In this document: piece by piece, positions 61,486 through 64,000 of the stretch
How positions within the stretch are numbered: the first letter of the stretch is position 1
How the letters are laid out: the number at the start of each line of letters is the position of its first letter
From: Blastocystis sp. Blastoise
Lineage: Eukaryota > Protista > Bigyra: Opalinata
DNA: 64,000 nucleotides
NCBI GenBank assembly: GCA_039096225.1
Contig: JBBPEB010000021.1
Span: 434,001-498,000, forward strand
Direction: 5' to 3'
Notes under the pieces: model-generated
The model's input: only the letters and a program-made list of their open reading frames with translations
What the model was told of the DNA's origin: nothing
Database searches by the model: none
Program-made: the position numbers and the translations under genes

Positions 61486-62000
61486 CTATATAATAATAAT
61501 AATTATAATAAATATATTTTGAATTACCTTTTTAATTTTTAAAGAACACACCAGCAACCTAATTCACCAATGGCAACTAAAAAGCACCTTCCTATATAAT
61601 ATAATATATAATAAACATATACTAAAAATAGAGTAAATTAAAAAAAGAATAAAAGAATATTGTAACATAGGAAAAGAGAAAAAAGAAAAATATCTAAATG
61701 CAAAGAAAAAATATATATATAATTATATACCTTCTAGACTTTGTTAATTGATTATTTGAAGTACCGACAAGACCTAATAAACAACCTAAAAAAATTAAAA
61801 ATAAACAAATGTAATAAAATACCTTATAAGAAAAAACCCAACAAGTACACATGATGAACCACTTTGAAACCGACCTAGGAGAATGTCTGACAGGAGAAGG
61901 ATTTACACAATGGAAAACTAAAAAGAATTATGAAAAAAAGTAGAAAATATCTAATAAATACATACTTATAAAGTATATACCTGCTTTAAAAAGTTCTTAA
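61430..62000 (-). ncRNA. Putative multi-exon non-coding leader/lncRNA (unit B)
   Basis: Exons ending at 61981, 61917-61823, 61785-61731, 61591-61528 and from 61485. Donors CAG|GT and AAG|GT (x3). Stops in all frames. Composition resembles unit A. Confidence 0.5.
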
Positions 62001-62134
62001 ATATGTATAAAAATGTCTATATATGTTTGGTTATAATAATTTAAAAATAAAGATGAATTCACTAATATAAAAAAAATTGTTAGTCAAATACTAAAAATTT
62101 TCGTAAAAATAGCTTTTATTATTTTTTAAATTTT

Positions 62135-62945
62135 TTTATGACTCACTACTAAAATTACAAGTATTAGCACGTCATGCACTGCACTACTGACATAAGAGTT
62201 TTGTATCCCACAACTTCCAGCTTTTAAAAAATAACTCATTTTTGTTGACTCTCTGATCTGTTGACTAACTCGTCTAGAAACTATTGATTCTGACTTAAGA
62301 TGTTTGCACGTTACATAATTAACTCTAAAAATGACTTTTTGAGAGACTTTTATTTGATTCTGACGAAAAGCAGTTTTTTTAGAAGTTTTGACATACTTTG
62401 TGTATGCGGAACTTTAAGTCATAATAAAATCAAATGAAAAAACTCTTCTAAAACACTTATATCCTCTTATATACAATAAAATATAAATAGACTCAGTTTT
62501 GAACGAGAAAAATATTCCCGTAAATATTTTAAAAATGGAAAACTCTGGTCTGACTGCCCATGGAACAAATAGGCTCGGCTCTTTTTTTCACTGTAAAAAA
62601 TATATAAATTTTTGACTTTTTGGCTGAATTTTGGTTTCGACCTGTAGAGGTCACTTCATTCAATTTTACACATACTTGTGACTCTGAGAGGGTCTAAACT
62701 TTAAACAGATTAACAAAAGGTTTTAAAATATTGACCCCATTATTTGTCGGAATTGCGACTTAAAACAAAAGAAAAACGTTTTGGATATTGTGTGACCTTC
62801 TATAAATAAAAAATAATGTCAATACTTTGATAAAATATGCTTAACATGAATTTTAGAGTCTAATAAAAAATCAACTGAAAAAAAGTGTCAAAATTTTGTC
62901 AAAAATCACGATTTTTGCCTAAGTCGCTGAAGTCAGTCTCGTTTC
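62135..62945. promoter_or_regulatory. TGAC/GACT-motif-rich non-coding block upstream of unit B
   Basis: Dense TGAC(T)/(A)GTCA words, TTGATTCTGAC twice (~62285, ~62355), no (TA)n microsatellites and no ORF. Confidence 0.35.
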
Positions 62946-64000
62946 ATTGGTGGAACAAATTTTGAACCAAAATTAGCCAATTAAATCAATTTAAAAATTA
63001 AAAAGCGCCTCATAGTGTTTTCATTAAATCGTGTTAGAATTCATTCACAAGTAATCTTTATAGTAAACCATATATTACATAGTCATAAAAATCTCAAAAC
63101 CATAATAATTTCTTCTTAGAATCAGAAAACATTTTTCAAATTCTATTGTATTTTTTTCATCTCAGCTTTAAAATGTTAATAAATTTTATCTAATCTTATT
63201 AAGAAACATCTTTCAGAGATAAACTGATAAAAAGAAGTCTAATTGAAGTTGCACCATGACGATGCTTATAGCGTTTGATACTTATAATTCTATAAGCAAA
63301 TGTGTATATATATGAGCTACTAAAACCATATATATTAACCTATTCAAAACTGCATACAGTCCAATATTCTAATAATACATGTGACGTCATAAAAATATGA
63401 AAACTTTTATTTCCTGTACTGTAAAAAAGTGAAAAACCGTGGGTGAATAACTAAATTATGAATATTTGATGTGATTTTTTAGAATTATTTTTATTATTTT
63501 GGCCTATCCTATATAAATGAAATTAGAAACATTGGGTTCATTCGTCATAATACTTTGTTGCACATCCGTGGTATTCCTCTTAAAGTCATACATATATCTG
63601 TTTTCCATTAATTATAGTTTACTGCGTTATGTTTTTTCTTATCAATGTCTATCTTCTTCTCAGGAAAAGGTTATATACCCACAAGGTAATTTCAATAGTT
63701 AGATATCACTTTTTACAAAAATATTATACATTTAGTTTTGAAACATCTCGTTCTAGCTTTTCAAATAATCCTTTGATACGCAATAAATATTTAGATCTGC
63801 TTAATGCATCAATGAATTTCATTTATAACATCAAAAACTCAAGTTCATTCGAATTCAAATCAAATAGTAAATATTATTACATTTTCTTTTTAAATATGTG
63901 TTAGATACGTATAACCTTGCGAATAGTCACTTAATAAATCCAGAAAGAAACAGTACAATTGATTTTTCATCGAAATCACAACTTGATTCTGTAGCTACAA

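Noticed and set aside
63517-63904. Short plus-strand ORFs near the window end (also 15645-15830 and 50798-51064)
   Set aside because: They have no recognisable motifs or splice pattern and are compatible with chance ORFs in AT-rich DNA.

Overview
Very AT-rich (about 20% GC by eye), intron-dense nuclear DNA from a eukaryote. Gene content and style (BTB/TLDc and BTB-LRR genes, a giant mosaic surface protein, short introns, TGTTTG-like 3' motifs) suggest a Blastocystis-like stramenopile; this is inference. I reconstructed about 15 spliced protein genes by hand: a CID/RPRD-type protein, BTB-LRR, UAP1, Snu114/EFTUD2, RCE1-type CAAX protease, two TLDc paralogs, PA2G4/EBP1, WDR36/UTP21, a large secreted mosaic protein, a two-TM Cys-rich protein, a UBA-UAS-UBX protein, a mitochondrial-type helical-repeat protein, an OGDH E1 homolog and an EDEM-like GH47 mannosidase. 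A further gene is frameshifted in its 3' half. Most ORF-track entries are artefacts of (TA)n/(TAA)n introns. Highlights: (1) two G+U-rich, apparently non-coding multi-exon units at 56.6-57.1 kb and 61.5-62.0 kb, with strong AAG|GT donors, hairpin-forming exons and a shared UAGGUC motif; (2) three introns that homology places as GT...AT, plus one AT-AC U12-type intron and one GC-AG intron; (3) a recurrent CG-centred palindromic motif TTCCCRYGGGAA inside coding exons in different reading frames; (4) an OGDH E1 that keeps its scaffold but has lost its catalytic motifs; (5) a probable MRH-GH47-PA domain fusion.
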